Shown: positions 1 to 11,255 of the stretch, one piece after another
Layout of the letters: each line of letters opens with the position of its first letter
Position numbering within the stretch: position 1 is the first letter of the stretch
NCBI GenBank assembly: GCA_028534125.1
Contig: CM052828.1
Coordinates: 39,804,001 to 39,868,000 of the forward strand
DNA: 64,000 bases
Direction of reading: 5' to 3'
Source: Lama glama
Lineage: Eukaryota
Notes under the pieces: generated by a model
Told to the model about the DNA's origin: nothing
The model's input: only the letters and a program-made list of their open reading frames with translations
Databases searched by the model: none
Translations under genes and position numbers: made by a program

Positions 1-190
1 CCTCCAGATGCTTAAAATCTAGTTAGAGAGATTGGACACCACAAGAAAAACATTGCCACACTTAGGATTAAGTACCAACTGAGATGAATAGACTCAGTGC
101 ACTAAGGACATTCAGGGGAGACCTCACTTAGGGAAGGTTTAATAAGTCACAACTGAGCCCTGAAACACGAAATCTGGGATGGCAGATGTT
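1..190 (-). mobile_element. L2 LINE fragment (old)
   Basis: Degenerate match to reverse L2 3' region (aaaatctagttagagag...cacttagggaaggttt...aactgagccctgaa); boundaries approximate. Confidence 0.4.
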
Positions 191-900
191 TGGCCTTGAC
201 CAAATCACAGCTCCTCCCCAGACCACATCAGACATAACTAGGCATGGCAGTCTTTCTCATGGAGCCCAGACTGAGCCTCAGAATCCTTTTCAACAAAGCA
301 CCAACTCATTCCAATTGGCCAGAGTTGGCCTGCCATGTAAAAATTTTTTGCCATCCTTGGCATAAATAAGCAGAAAGGAAAGGAGAATGTATTTCAAGCA
401 GGAGTAAGAAATGTAAGCCAGAGTGGAGGCAACAAAGTTTATAGCATGTTTTCAGGCTGGAAAGTAGATGGGAGATAGAGGTCAGATCCTTTAGGGCTGT
501 AGTACTGCCTCCAACGTTTTTATCCTGCCTTCTGGTTTCTAGAGTGCTAATGTCCGACTGCATATTTGTATAATGTTCTAAATGCATACTGATTTCTAGT
601 CTTTATTTTCTATACTAAAATGGAAGCTGTGTGTAAAGGAAAAACGTACAATCTTTTTTAGCCCTCAGCCTCTTATTTCTGCATCTATCTCTTCTCTTCA
701 GTGATGCCAATCCTTCAAGCAGTGTCTCTAGACATCTTCTCCCTCCCCTGCTCTGCCCCCACCCATAATAACTTCTCTGGCCAAAAGTATGGGTAAACTC
801 ACACTAAAATGTAAATGGCTGATAGGATTTCAAGCATTCATATTCTCTCCTTCAAGGGTACTGGTCTTTTCAAATAGAGAGCCAAAGGCTTGAAGCCAAG

Positions 901-1120
901 CAGAGTTTCTTAGCTATGGTACTATTACATTTTGAACCAGGTGAGTCTTTTGGGGGTGGGGAGAAGGCCTGTCCCATACATTTTAGAATGATTGGCTACA
1001 TCCTTGGCCCTCTATCCATTAGACACAAGTAGTCCTCCAAGTCATGATGATCAAAAATGCCTCCAGACATTGCAAGCTATCCCCTAGGGGGACAAAATCA
1101 CCCCCAGTTGAGAACCACTG
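901..1120 (-). mobile_element. MER20 (hAT-Charlie DNA transposon), near full length
   Basis: Reverse strand reads cagtggttctcaactgggggtgattttgtccccctagggga...caatgtctggaggcatttttgat..., the MER20 consensus; both termini present. Confidence 0.85.
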
Positions 1121-2394
1121 AACTAAATAAATGGATCCTCATAATACAAAATTTCTTGTATTTGGATAGTCCTGAAATCTCTCCACTAGACATCTACTAA
1201 CCCCCGACTATGTAGAACAAGTCTTACTACCAAACTAGCAGTAGCCAGGGAAGCTTTAAAAACTCGGTTGTTACCTGCTGAAAGGGTTTCTTAGTAACAA
1301 TTCAAATAGAAACAAATGAAAATTGGCATTTGTATTGACATTCCATGCATTATCATTGGGTTAACGTCTGGGAAGAAAAGTTTTGCAAAACATTGTTGTA
1401 AAAGATGCTTTGTGTAAATAAAGACAGATGGAGGGTTTCAGGCCAAATGTGAGGACTTTGTCAGTAGCATGAATGGTTTGACATTCTGCTCTGACAAAGA
1501 TCAGCCTAGTGTCAAATATATTTCAACATGGGTTGTGAAGTATTTCCCATGCTTTTTAACATCCAATGATATATTGACTGTTATTCAAGAAGTTCTAACA
1601 TATACACTATAAAACTATTTTTTTACTTCCTACCATACTGTTTTCTCTTTTTAAGAGCTTGACACACATTCCCAATGGTAAATTTGTAGAATGAGACATA
1701 CGTCAGCAGGAAATAACAATTTCCCCACTTGTGGCACTAAAATTTCATGCTGGTGAATACCAAAAATTCCTTATATGAAAAATCTCTAAGAAAAAATAAA
1801 ACTAAAGCTACCTAAAATAGTCTTAGCTTCTTAATTATGCTTACCAGTGTCAATTCTACCTCATATTCTCTAGTTATTATAATAGAAATATTCAACAGGC
1901 CTAAATGAACACATACAAGTCATTTTTATGTTAGTTTATGTTGCAAGTGCACCATAGCACCTCTTGACTAGTGAATATAATGTACCTTAAACACAGGGCT
2001 TTCTAATCATGCTCAACTTAGTAAGTAGGAATTTTAACAAATTTCAACTCAGACTAATGACTTGGGATTTAAAACTAGTAAATGGGAATTATAGCAGATT
2101 TCAACTCTTAAACTAAGGATTTAGGATTTAAAATTGGCAGCCATATCTCTTCTAGAAGCTTCAAATCTTGTTAGAAAGATTGGATACTACAAGAAAAACA
2201 TTACCACACTTTGGGGTAAGTATCAGATAAAAAATACTGACTATGTATGCTAAGGAAATTTTAAGTATTTATTAGAATAGGTTAAGTATTATGCATTAAA
2301 CTGTCACAGATTAAATATTCTTTGGCACTGGCTAAATACTGTGGAGTAAAGGAAAACTTGGCTACTATCCAAATTTCATCACGAACAGTATTCC

Positions 2395-2789
2395 ACAGAG
2401 AAAGACAAATGTTATATATTTCTTATATGTGGAATTTTTTTAAAAAATGATACAAATGAACTTATTTACAAAACGGAAAGAGACTCACAGACATGGGAAA
2501 CAAACTTATGATTACCAAGGGGAAAGGGAGAGAAAGGGATAAATTAGGGGTTTGGGATTAGCAGATACAAACTACTATATATAAAACAAATAAACAAGAA
2601 GGTCCTACTATATAGCACAAGGAACTACGTTCAATATCTTGTAATAATCTATAATGAGAAAGAATCTGAAAAAGAATGCATGTGAGTATATATATATTTG
2701 ATATATATATATGATAATTGAATCACTATGCTATTCACCAGAAACTAACACAACATTGTAAATCAACTAAACTTCAATTTAAAAAAAGA
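2395..2789 (+). mobile_element. 5'-truncated L1 3' end (laurasiatherian/camelid type) with TSD
   Basis: Typical L1 3'UTR (acagagaaagacaaat...gagactcacagac...tagcacaaggaact...acaacattgtaaatcaact) and A tail; flanked by aacagtattcc (2384-2394) and aacaatattcc (2790-2800), 10/11 identical. Confidence 0.9.
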
Positions 2790-2811
2790 AACAATATTCC
2801 CTGGGGGTTAA

Positions 2812-3050
2812 AAACATTGAGTCTAAGGCCAGAGAGCCTGGGTTCATTTTCTAGTCCCACCCTCACTAGCTGTGTGATTTGAGGCTTGTTACTTAAACTC
2901 TTCATTTTCTTATCAGTACAGTGTAAATAATAGACTCCTTCAGAAGGTTGATGTGAGGAGATATAAAGATTAAATGGCTTGATCTATGCAATGTGTTTAG
3001 AACCGTGGCTGGCACCGAGTAAGTTCTGTGTAAGAGTTTGTTACTATTAC
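2812..3050 (+). mobile_element. MIR SINE
   Basis: gcctgggttca...cactagctgtgtgatttgag...ttacttaa...gtgtttagaaccgtggctggcac...gtaagttc: MIR core and 3' end. Confidence 0.75.
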
Positions 3051-3107
3051 TCATGAAAAAGTAAACAATTCAGTAAGCTTGAAGGACCATCTAGTAAAGA
3101 ATGTTCA

Positions 3108-3322
3108 CCTTGGAGTCTGATCTTGGTCAGAACACTGGCTTCACCACTGACTAGCTATGAGACTCTGGACAAGTTGTATGACCTTTCTGAACCTCAGTTT
3201 CCTCATCTACACAATGGGGCTAATAACTATAGCTACTTCTTAGGGTTATTTGAGAAATAAAAGTAATAATCACGTGCATGGCAATCTGCCTGTCACAGTA
3301 CTCACTAAATATTACCTGTTAA
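3108..3322 (+). mobile_element. MIR SINE
   Basis: ggcttcaccactgactagctatgagactctggacaagtt...ctgaacctcagtttcctcatctacacaatgggg, the MIR core. Confidence 0.8.
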
Positions 3323-3621
3323 TGTTTACATGTATATTAAAAACAGAAGGTAAAAAAGAGTAGGAAAAATTTCCCTTCTATGATCGTTCCAACAAGTACT
3401 TAGTGCCTCCTTTCTCCGGGGTGTTGGGGATACCCGAGCGAACAAGACGCGATTACCATCCCAAGGGAGTCTGGGCTCTAATAAGAGTTTCCAAAGTTCT
3501 AATAAACTTTCATAAAATTTGACAGAGATGGTCTTCACAAGTCTATTCTGTCAATTTACAGAGAGCTCCATGGTTCTCCTTTGGGCTTCTGTTTACTCAT
3601 CTGTTCACTTCTCCCTGGGAC

Positions 3622-3710
3622 TGATATTTATTGAACATCTGCTTGGGCCAGTCATGGTGCTGGGTCAGGGCACACAACACGGACTAGGACAAATGTAGCC
3701 TTGAAACACA
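3622..3710 (-). mobile_element. L2 3' tail fragment
   Basis: atatttattgaacatctgcttgggccagtcatggtgctggg matches the reverse L2 3' end. Confidence 0.55.
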
Positions 3711-4014
3711 GGGAGATTAAGACCCGAGGGATGTGTGATTGAATGAATGCATGCGGGCAGAGTAAGAGACGACTGGAAAGAAGGGGGAACGTTTGCAGTA
3801 GGAATATGAGTTAGGTTCATCACCGATTAATAGTAATGTATTACGTAAAGAGAAAGTGCAGAAAACACTGTTTCTATCCTCAATAACTTTAGAGACAATA
3901 CAGTAAAATAATTGCTGAAACAGATCATTAAAGTATAGCAATTCTAGAACGAGACAGCCGTGACTGCAAACATTATCATTTGGGAGCCAGAAGGGCTTCA
4001 AACTGGCGCTGAGA

Positions 4015-4215
4015 TAAGAAAACCAGACTGGGAGTCAGGATGCCTGAGTTCTAATCCCGCCTCTGTTATTAATTATCCATTGGACAAGCTTGTGGCCTCT
4101 GTATACAATCTCTGTTTCTGTGTTCTTCACCTGACGATCATGACACTCAGACTTTCTACTTCACAGGACTGTGGGAAAGGCTTAACGCAGCTGCTTCATA
4201 AAACCATCTTAAAAA
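4015..4215 (+). mobile_element. MIR SINE (diverged)
   Basis: gactgggagtcaggatgcctgagttctaatcccgcctctgtta...ttggacaag, the MIR head and core. Confidence 0.7.
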
Positions 4216-4359
4216 CATAGTAGCCATGAAAGGCATCAAGGCATTTTTTAATTAAAAAGGTCATAATAAAGGATCCTGTAAGAGAATGCAAAGGTATCTC
4301 TATAAAGAGAAATAATTTTTAAACACTCAATTAAAAGCCATATACTGGTTGTTTGTGAT

Positions 4360-4556
4360 CTAAGTAATACTGTTATCGCTGATGGTTCTGTGTCCTGTGG
4401 CGGGGCCAGCACTGTGGGAAGGGACCCTTTCCATGCCAGGCAGGGCTCTTGCATTCTTTAAGGCAGCAATAGCTTCCTCGTATACGAGACTGGCTTTCGT
4501 GGTGCCCAGCAATATTAGCAATCTCCTTTTCTTCCCTTCCGTCAATGCTAAGTGTT
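4360..4556 (-). other. Candidate terminal coding exon (unidentified)
   Basis: Acceptor ttgttagtttttcatcccag| at 4557; open phase-1 frame EHLALTEGKKRRLLILLGTTKASLVYEEAIAALKNARALPG...DNSIT* to TAG 4362-4360; ATTAAA at 4252-4247; repeat-free; no protein recognised. Confidence 0.3.
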
Positions 4557-7149
4557 CTGGGATGAAAAACTAACAAGCGCCTGTCAAACCTGAAGCCTCA
4601 GCTTTTCTGACAGAAGGTCCAGTGGACTTTCTTATCAAGAGAGCCTTTATCAGGAAACTGGAATTCTCTCTCTCTCAGAAAGGAAACAGCACTCATCAGA
4701 ATCTCTGGACCCTTGACTTAGAGGGCAGGCTGTCTCCGATGAAGGTCTTTTGATCATGGAGCTTTTTTATTCAGATTTGACTTCACATTATGGCTAATCA
4801 ATACTTCGCAACTGTCCAAGCCCCCAGTCAGACACATGTCTCTCCACCAGGCAGGGAGGCCTTATAATTGAAGAAAAGTCAGAGACCTGGGTACCGAGCC
4901 CTCGGGCCATAGTCCGGCACCTACTCTCTCTTTTCATAGCATTCCAGAGATGGTGGAAATAAAATTTAGAGACATGACAGGCACAGCCAAGGAGGATCAA
5001 TTCCTGTCACTTGCCACCAGTGTTTTCTGCTTCCCTAGGTCTTCAGAGGGTGTTTGTCTTTCATAGCTTAGGGGAACTTAACCTTTTAAAAATGGGAAGA
5101 TGGTTTCTTCATGAATTTTAAATTATTTTTATCTCCTATGTCTAGTATTGTTGATTAGATTAAAATGATTATTTGCTTTCTTCCCCCAATACCAAATTTT
5201 GTTGAGTCATAGCTGGGGGAAAAATGTGGATCGGAGTCCCAGTGTTTGTGGCTACAAACTGAAGGCAGTGTATTAGTAATGACTTGTGTAATAATGCATC
5301 TAAGAAAAATAACACAATACTCATGACCTGAGTATTGAACAGGAAGCAGAGATAAATTTTTATTCTCAAACTTCTCCCTGGTATTAACCAAGTTAGTTAC
5401 TTCTCCAGTGTTGACTAAATGAGGAAAAATATCTTGGTGGAAATACAAAATATCTGGCCACTATTTCTAGTTATTTATTCATGTCCAAATGCTGTCTGCA
5501 TAAAATATCTGCAGAACTGAGGATTTTTTTTTTACTTTTCATAGACTGAGTATACTTCAAACATGACTAATTTTTCTATAATTTAACCAGAAGACGAATA
5601 TGATTTTGAAAGCATTTTGAGACATTTACATAAAAATTCCTGGGTTATCAATAAAAGTCTATGATTTTTATTGCTTTTTTTATGACCAGTAAACAAATTT
5701 TTTTAAAATACTAATATTCTTCTTGGTGTATGCCTTATTAATACATAAAGGTTTTTTCTCTTCAACCTCAAAATTATTACTACCAGAGTAAAAAAAAAAA
5801 ATTAGTCATTTGGCTAATTAATACATGGTATAGGTTCAGTCAAACTGGTTTAGCTGTTTCCCATCCCCTCTGCTGGGTTCTCACATACATATGAAATTGG
5901 CTAAATTGTTTGGGAATTGGTTAAGTATAGATCTCATTTTTAATATTATTTTAAAAGGAAATTTTTACTCTCACTAAGCAACTTGGCTTTTAAAAGGACA
6001 GATTTGGGGGCTGAATGATATTAATGAAAATGTTTAAGGTTAAACATCTAGATTTGTGGGTTCATCCATTAAACAGGGTTATTCCGCACCCCCTCCAATT
6101 TTTAGCTCTGAAATCTTTCTAAACCACTCCACACATTCTTGCCTTAGTTACAACAGTGTGCTGAATGGAATCTATTTTTCTTTGATGAATCATGAAAGAC
6201 TTCAACGTCCTTTGAGCCTGGGGATCATTATTTTTAACATCAGTGCTCCCTGAACAAAAATGTGGGTATAAAGTTCTGGAAGGTTTAGTAGCATGGAGAT
6301 CTGTCCACAGAACACATTCCAGAATTTTCAAAAAATTAAACCCCTGTTGTCCACTTAATGTCTTTTCATTTACCTCTTTCTTCTAAGTTGAATGCAAAAA
6401 AAAAAAAAGTCAGTTGAATGAAGGTTTTGGTTAGCTAGGTGTTTATCAATCTAGACTTTCCCTATACTATGTGTTTACATTCTAGCCAACATTTGTATGA
6501 ATTGAACAATTTTTATAAGCTGAAAAAATATATAGAACCAAACTAACTTCAAAGAAAGCTGACTGTGGGTTGAACAAAACACCTTCTGGGGAATGGAGTG
6601 CTCACTGGTGTAAGATAGCTGACCTGCATGCCCTGTTCCACTGATTTGCAGAAGATATCCATACTTAATAAAACTCTTCTTCTTGAAGCCTTGGAATAGG
6701 TCACCTGCCTCCTCTGGGTTTAGAAAAGATCTGTATATTCTAACCCAAGTTCCTATCACTACTCTGTTACAGAAACTTCAACGTGGTCTTTAATTTTTGC
6801 AATTGTTGCATTGCTGTAAAGAGTTCAAGGTCTTTGCTATTGAAGTGTTATCACACTGTGGTAACACTCTCCCCTTCGCTGTGGTGTGATTCTGATATTT
6901 GGTCTCCTCTTTTGCTCGAGAATTTGGAAGATTGCTTGGTATTGGGGGCTCTTATGCTACCTGTCTCTCTTTTCAATGACATTCCATTAATTACATTCCA
7001 TTTTTCTACTTTGATATCTCATTAAAATCTTATAAATGATCATGCAGTGACCTTGAAGGCAATACATAATACATGAAAGTAAACCTGCAGTTAAATGTAT
7101 TCTTTCACTCCTGACTGGCTACATCCCATGCTTCTTTTCTTCTCCCAAG

Positions 7150-7185
7150 TGACTCCAACTGGAAGCGCTTTGCTACTGAGCCAAG
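7150..7185 (+). other. Candidate 36-nt micro-exon
   Basis: CTGAC branch-like site 7111-7115, tract cttcttttcttctcccaag|, donor AAG|GTATGC; length divisible by 3; open in two phases. Confidence 0.35.
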
Positions 7186-8194
7186 GTATGCAGGGATGCA
7201 CGCATCTCCCAGGCCCTGCATCTTTCTTAGTCATGACAGCTGCAATATGTTAATGGCTTCTATTTGGACGGGTTGGCCCCGTTACTACTTAGGGCACTAT
7301 GCTAATTAACATAGAATGACAACAACAGGTGCAAATGTCATTCTACATCAGCGTCATGCACATGTAAAGAGAGCCAGCAGCCCAGAAGCAAGCCGGGAAA
7401 ATGTTAACTTGAGTTAGCAGCCTCGCAGTCTCTGAACTGATCTTCTTTAATGCCCGTGATTAAAGTATGCACAGCCTACTGTTTTGGGTTTGTTTGTTTT
7501 TTGTTTGTTTGTTTGTTTGTTTCGTACAAGAATGGTATTTCTGAATATATGGCGATGTCTTCATAAGCTTTTAAGTTATGTTTTGACAAAATGCACTTCT
7601 ATGGCAGATCAAGTAAAATGCACAAGGTCTGTATTTATGAAGTTTTCCTTATTGAATAAAAGTTCCACTGAGCCACATTTATTGCACTGAGCACCTTCTG
7701 AAATGGACATGGTTTCACACAGAGAGAAATCATCGGTAGGCATGGGGAGATTTTCCCAGTGGATTTATTGCATTTTTAAAATGTGTATGTTCTTGTGGAG
7801 CCATATTTTTCTTACATTTCAATAAAATTGAGTGACAGTGGAAACATGTAAGTTCCTTCTAGTTAAGGCAGTACTGCCTATGTTCAATTAAATGACGAAA
7901 AAAGATCTTTCTTTACCCCACAAAAAAGGAAACTCATATACTGAAATCTTAAATAATTAACAAATAATCACTAATTCTCAAAAACATAATTTATACCGAT
8001 GATTTAGCTTACTTTTAATAAGGATCATTAATTTACTGTACAAATTGTCCCCAAAGAGAAGGTTTGTTGCTTTAATTTTCTTTAACAATTTGTGTTCTTT
8101 AAGATTCATACTTATTATACAATCTAGAACACTGGAGATAAAAGAAAGAAAAGTGAGGAAACCTTGACAATAAAACAAACACATCCTGTAGATT

Positions 8195-8300
8195 GAATTC
8201 ACTACTTAGTCCATCACTCACCAGCTGTGGAACCTTCGCCACGTAACTTCCTCTCTGAGCCTCAGTTTCCGTATCAATAAAATGAGGATGTTGGAAATAG
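8195..8300 (+). mobile_element. MIR fragment
   Basis: catcactcaccagctgtggaaccttcgccacgtaacttcctctctgagcctcagtttccgtatcaataaaatgaggat. Confidence 0.75.
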
Positions 8301-8551
8301 TTTGGGAGCTATGCTATTGCAATTGGGAATCTAAATTGAATTCAACTCAGAACAATTTGCATTTTGTTTGTAGCCCTCAGCAGGACTAAGTATCTTGTAA
8401 TTATCTTACATGTCAATGACATGTAAACTTGGGAGCTACTCCAAGGCTAAACTTATATCGGATTTATGTTTTCATGTTTAATACCTAGCACAGTGCAACA
8501 GCATAATAGTTTTCAGAAAAAAATTGTGCATGAATTTGTAAATTACTATGT

Positions 8552-8990
8552 CAGTGATTCTCAAACTTTTCATCCCAGAACTCAAAAGGTTTTTTTGTTT
8601 TATATTGATATTTACAGTACTAAAAATTAAAACAGAAAATTGTCTAAAATATTAATTTATTAAGTCATTTAAAGCAATAATAATAAACAATAACTTATGG
8701 TAACCTAGTAATATATTTTTACTTGAATAAACTATATTTCCCAAATTTAAAAAATCTATGAGAAGAGTAGCATTCTAAAATTTTTCACAACTCTTTAATT
8801 CTGTCTTGATAAAAGTGAGCTAGATTTTCACGTCTGCTTCTGCAGTCATATTGTTTTGAGACTTCATAAATATTTGGGGACATCCACAAGGCAGAATCCA
8901 GAAAACGTGGTATGCTGGCAACTTGTAGAAAGGTGTCCTTGAGTGTCTCAGGTGTATTTTGAAGAGCCCAGAAGGATTTTAAAAAAGCAT
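8552..8990 (-). mobile_element. Charlie1-like hAT DNA transposon remnant
   Basis: Terminus cagtgattctcaaacttt and internal ttgatatttacagtactaaaaattaaaacagaaaatt match the Charlie1a/b end. Confidence 0.6.
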
Positions 8991-9079
8991 GCAATAGAGA
9001 TCATGAGCCACATTACAGAGCAGAGAGTCAAACCCAGGGCTTTCATGTTTCCAGAACTTTATTTTTTTAAAAAAATCAA

Positions 9080-9605
9080 TTAATACCTTCATAAGGAGTA
9101 TTACATAGTATTTAAGAATACAGACTTTGGCATTGAATGCCACCGGGTTCAAATCCTGTGTCTGACACTGTGTGACTTGGATAACTTAACTTACCCTCTT
9201 TCAGTTTGGCTTTTCTCTCTCTCTCTTTTTTTAATTGAAGTATAATCAGTTACAATGTGTCAATTTCTGGTGCATAGCATAATACTTCAGTCATACATGA
9301 ACATATTTTCATATTCTTCTTCATTAAAGGTTATTACAAGATATTGAATATAGTTCCCTGTGCTGTACAGAAGAAAGTTGTTATTTTTATCTGTTTTTAT
9401 ATATAGTAGCTAACATTTGCAAATCTCAAACTTCCAAATTGATCCCTTCCCTTTCCCCGGTTACCATAAACTTGTTTACTATGTCTGCGTGATTTCCTCT
9501 TTGAGATAATGGAAATAATAATCTCTGCCTCAAAATGTTGCAGTGAAAATTGAATGAGATCACACAAGTCAAGTATTTAGCCCAGTTCCTGGGATGGAGT
9601 AAACC
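9080..9605 (+). mobile_element. MIR split by an L1 insertion
   Basis: Left part (gggttcaaatcctgtgtctgacactgtgtgacttggataacttaactt) continues after 9490 (tttcctctttgagataatggaaataata...atttagcccagttcctgg). Confidence 0.7.
9225..9490 (-). mobile_element. L1 3' end (younger, camelid type) inserted in MIR
   Basis: T-rich tail then ttgaagtataatcagttacaatg...ggttattacaagatattgaatatagttccctgtgctgtacag, the reverse L1 3'UTR. Confidence 0.85.
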
Positions 9606-10189
9606 TCAGCTGATGAGTAGGGGCTGGAGGAGACGGTGGGACTTTCCTGTGAAGGACATTCTTCCATTTATAACTCTTTGTAACACATTATAACCTTGTG
9701 AAGTCATGGCTGCTCCTCTAAAGAAGTTTAGTCCAGACACACAAAGAAAATATAAGTAAACGCATAAGAAATCCCGTTTTGTACTTGTATCTTTCAAAAG
9801 GCATCAAAGAGAAATCCATTCATAATCACCCAGGGAATGTGCACGTATCTGTTATTTTTCCTAGTCAGTTTTTTGCAGTACATATGCTGTAATATCCCAG
9901 CCATCTCTACACGAAGTTGGATTCACCCAGCCTCTGACTCCACCACATCTGGTCCACCGACTTTTCCCTTCTTCTACATTCTTTCCCTCAATCTCCAACC
10001 CCTTCAATCTGCCCATGCCCTTCTTTGGGTTCCAAACTCCAGGATCCACTCTGACCAAGACAGACCTCTGTGGAAGGGGGATGGAAGGAGGAAGAGGGCA
10101 AAGAGCAGAGGCCAGCAGAGGAGTGGGATTAAGGTTGAATGGGGAAGAAGCAATGGGTCTGTGAGCATCCCCGTGTTTGATAATTTGAC

Positions 10190-10325
10190 AATGTCCCAAC
10201 TTCATTCCACAAATACTTATTGCATGGCTTCTATGCGTTCACTGCTGTGCTAGATGTTGGAACAAAGCAGACATAGTCTCATTACTCAAGGAACTGGGTT
10301 TAGCAGGAGATAAACTAGAAATCTG
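10190..10325 (-). mobile_element. L2 3' end
   Basis: ttcattccacaaatacttattgcatggcttctatgcg...ctgtgctagatgttgg...gcagacatagtctc. Confidence 0.65.
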
Positions 10326-11109
10326 AGAACCCAATGAGCTCTCACCACAATTTATGTAAGTTTATGAAAATGCTTTCCTGAGTTATGTGTGTGTGGTTTT
10401 TTTTCCTTTAATTTAAGGGTCCCAGATTAAAGAATACTTTGTAATATTTTCAGTTGTCCCTTTGTTTGGCACACTTAAGATTTCCATACCTTAGGGCGAT
10501 GCATTGCATACGATTGGGATATTGGGATGCCAGATAGGTCTGCCTTCCTTTTGTAAAGGAGGAGAAAGTTGATTGGGAAAAGGGAAGCGCGAAAGGAGAA
10601 CGGTGTGACTTGGTGCCACAGGGCTAACCTCAGGCACAGGAAGATATGACTGAAAGATTTGGAAATCAGGTGAATTTTATTTTTTATATTAAAGGTGAGA
10701 ATAGCAGCAGGGTCTGCTGGAAATTGTAGCAGACAAGCAAACACCAATGGATCAGGCATCGCAGGGTACTGAAAGGAGAAACAAGATGAATTTTATGTCT
10801 TTTTTTAAAATTAAAAGTTTCTTTTAAAATCAAGGGAATTTTAACACAGAAATCAGCTTGAATTCCCAAATTCATTCTAAGTTTTCACTATTTGGAAGCA
10901 GTAGTTTTAACATACACATCAGGGTCAAGTGCCTCGTTATACCCTGCTCCTGATTTCTCACTGGTATGATTACTTTTTGTTGTTGTTAGAAACACCTACC
11001 TTTCTGACCCTATTTCTGATAGGTGTTGTAAAATCTTCACATGCGTGACAGGATGGGTGTCACTTCCATTCAGTGAAAGAACACTGTGCTGAATGCAGCT
11101 TGTAAGTGT

Positions 11110-11255
11110 CTTTTTAAAATTTTCTTTTGAGGTAACACTGGTCTGTCATATGACATAAGTTTCACGTGTACATTATATTTCTACTTCCGTATACAGTACA
11201 GGATGTTCACCACCAAAAATGTAGTTTCCATCCAACACCATACAGTTGATGCCCT
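11110..11255 (-). mobile_element. Short L1 3' end fragment
   Basis: ttttgaggtaacactggtctgtcatatgacataagtttcacgtgtaca...caccaccaaaaatgtagtttccatcc. Confidence 0.65.

Noticed and set aside
1656-1677. + strand 22-nt micro-exon (aag|agcttgacacacattcccaatg|gtaaat)
   Set aside because: Not frame-preserving and within chance expectation; the same applies to the 23-nt candidate at 52520-52542
4520-4556. Resemblance of EHLALTEGKKRRLL to filovirus NP or SAM-domain helices
   Set aside because: Only a few matching residues, and the flanking motifs of either family are absent
6475-7100. Possible processed pseudogene or viral insert on the - strand
   Set aside because: Protein-like fragments appear in different frames, but there is no recognisable parent, no poly(A) in the right orientation and no TSD; a tBLASTx search could still be run
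11024-11101. + strand exon ending in |gtaagt
   Set aside because: Stops in all three frames and a weak exonic part of the donor
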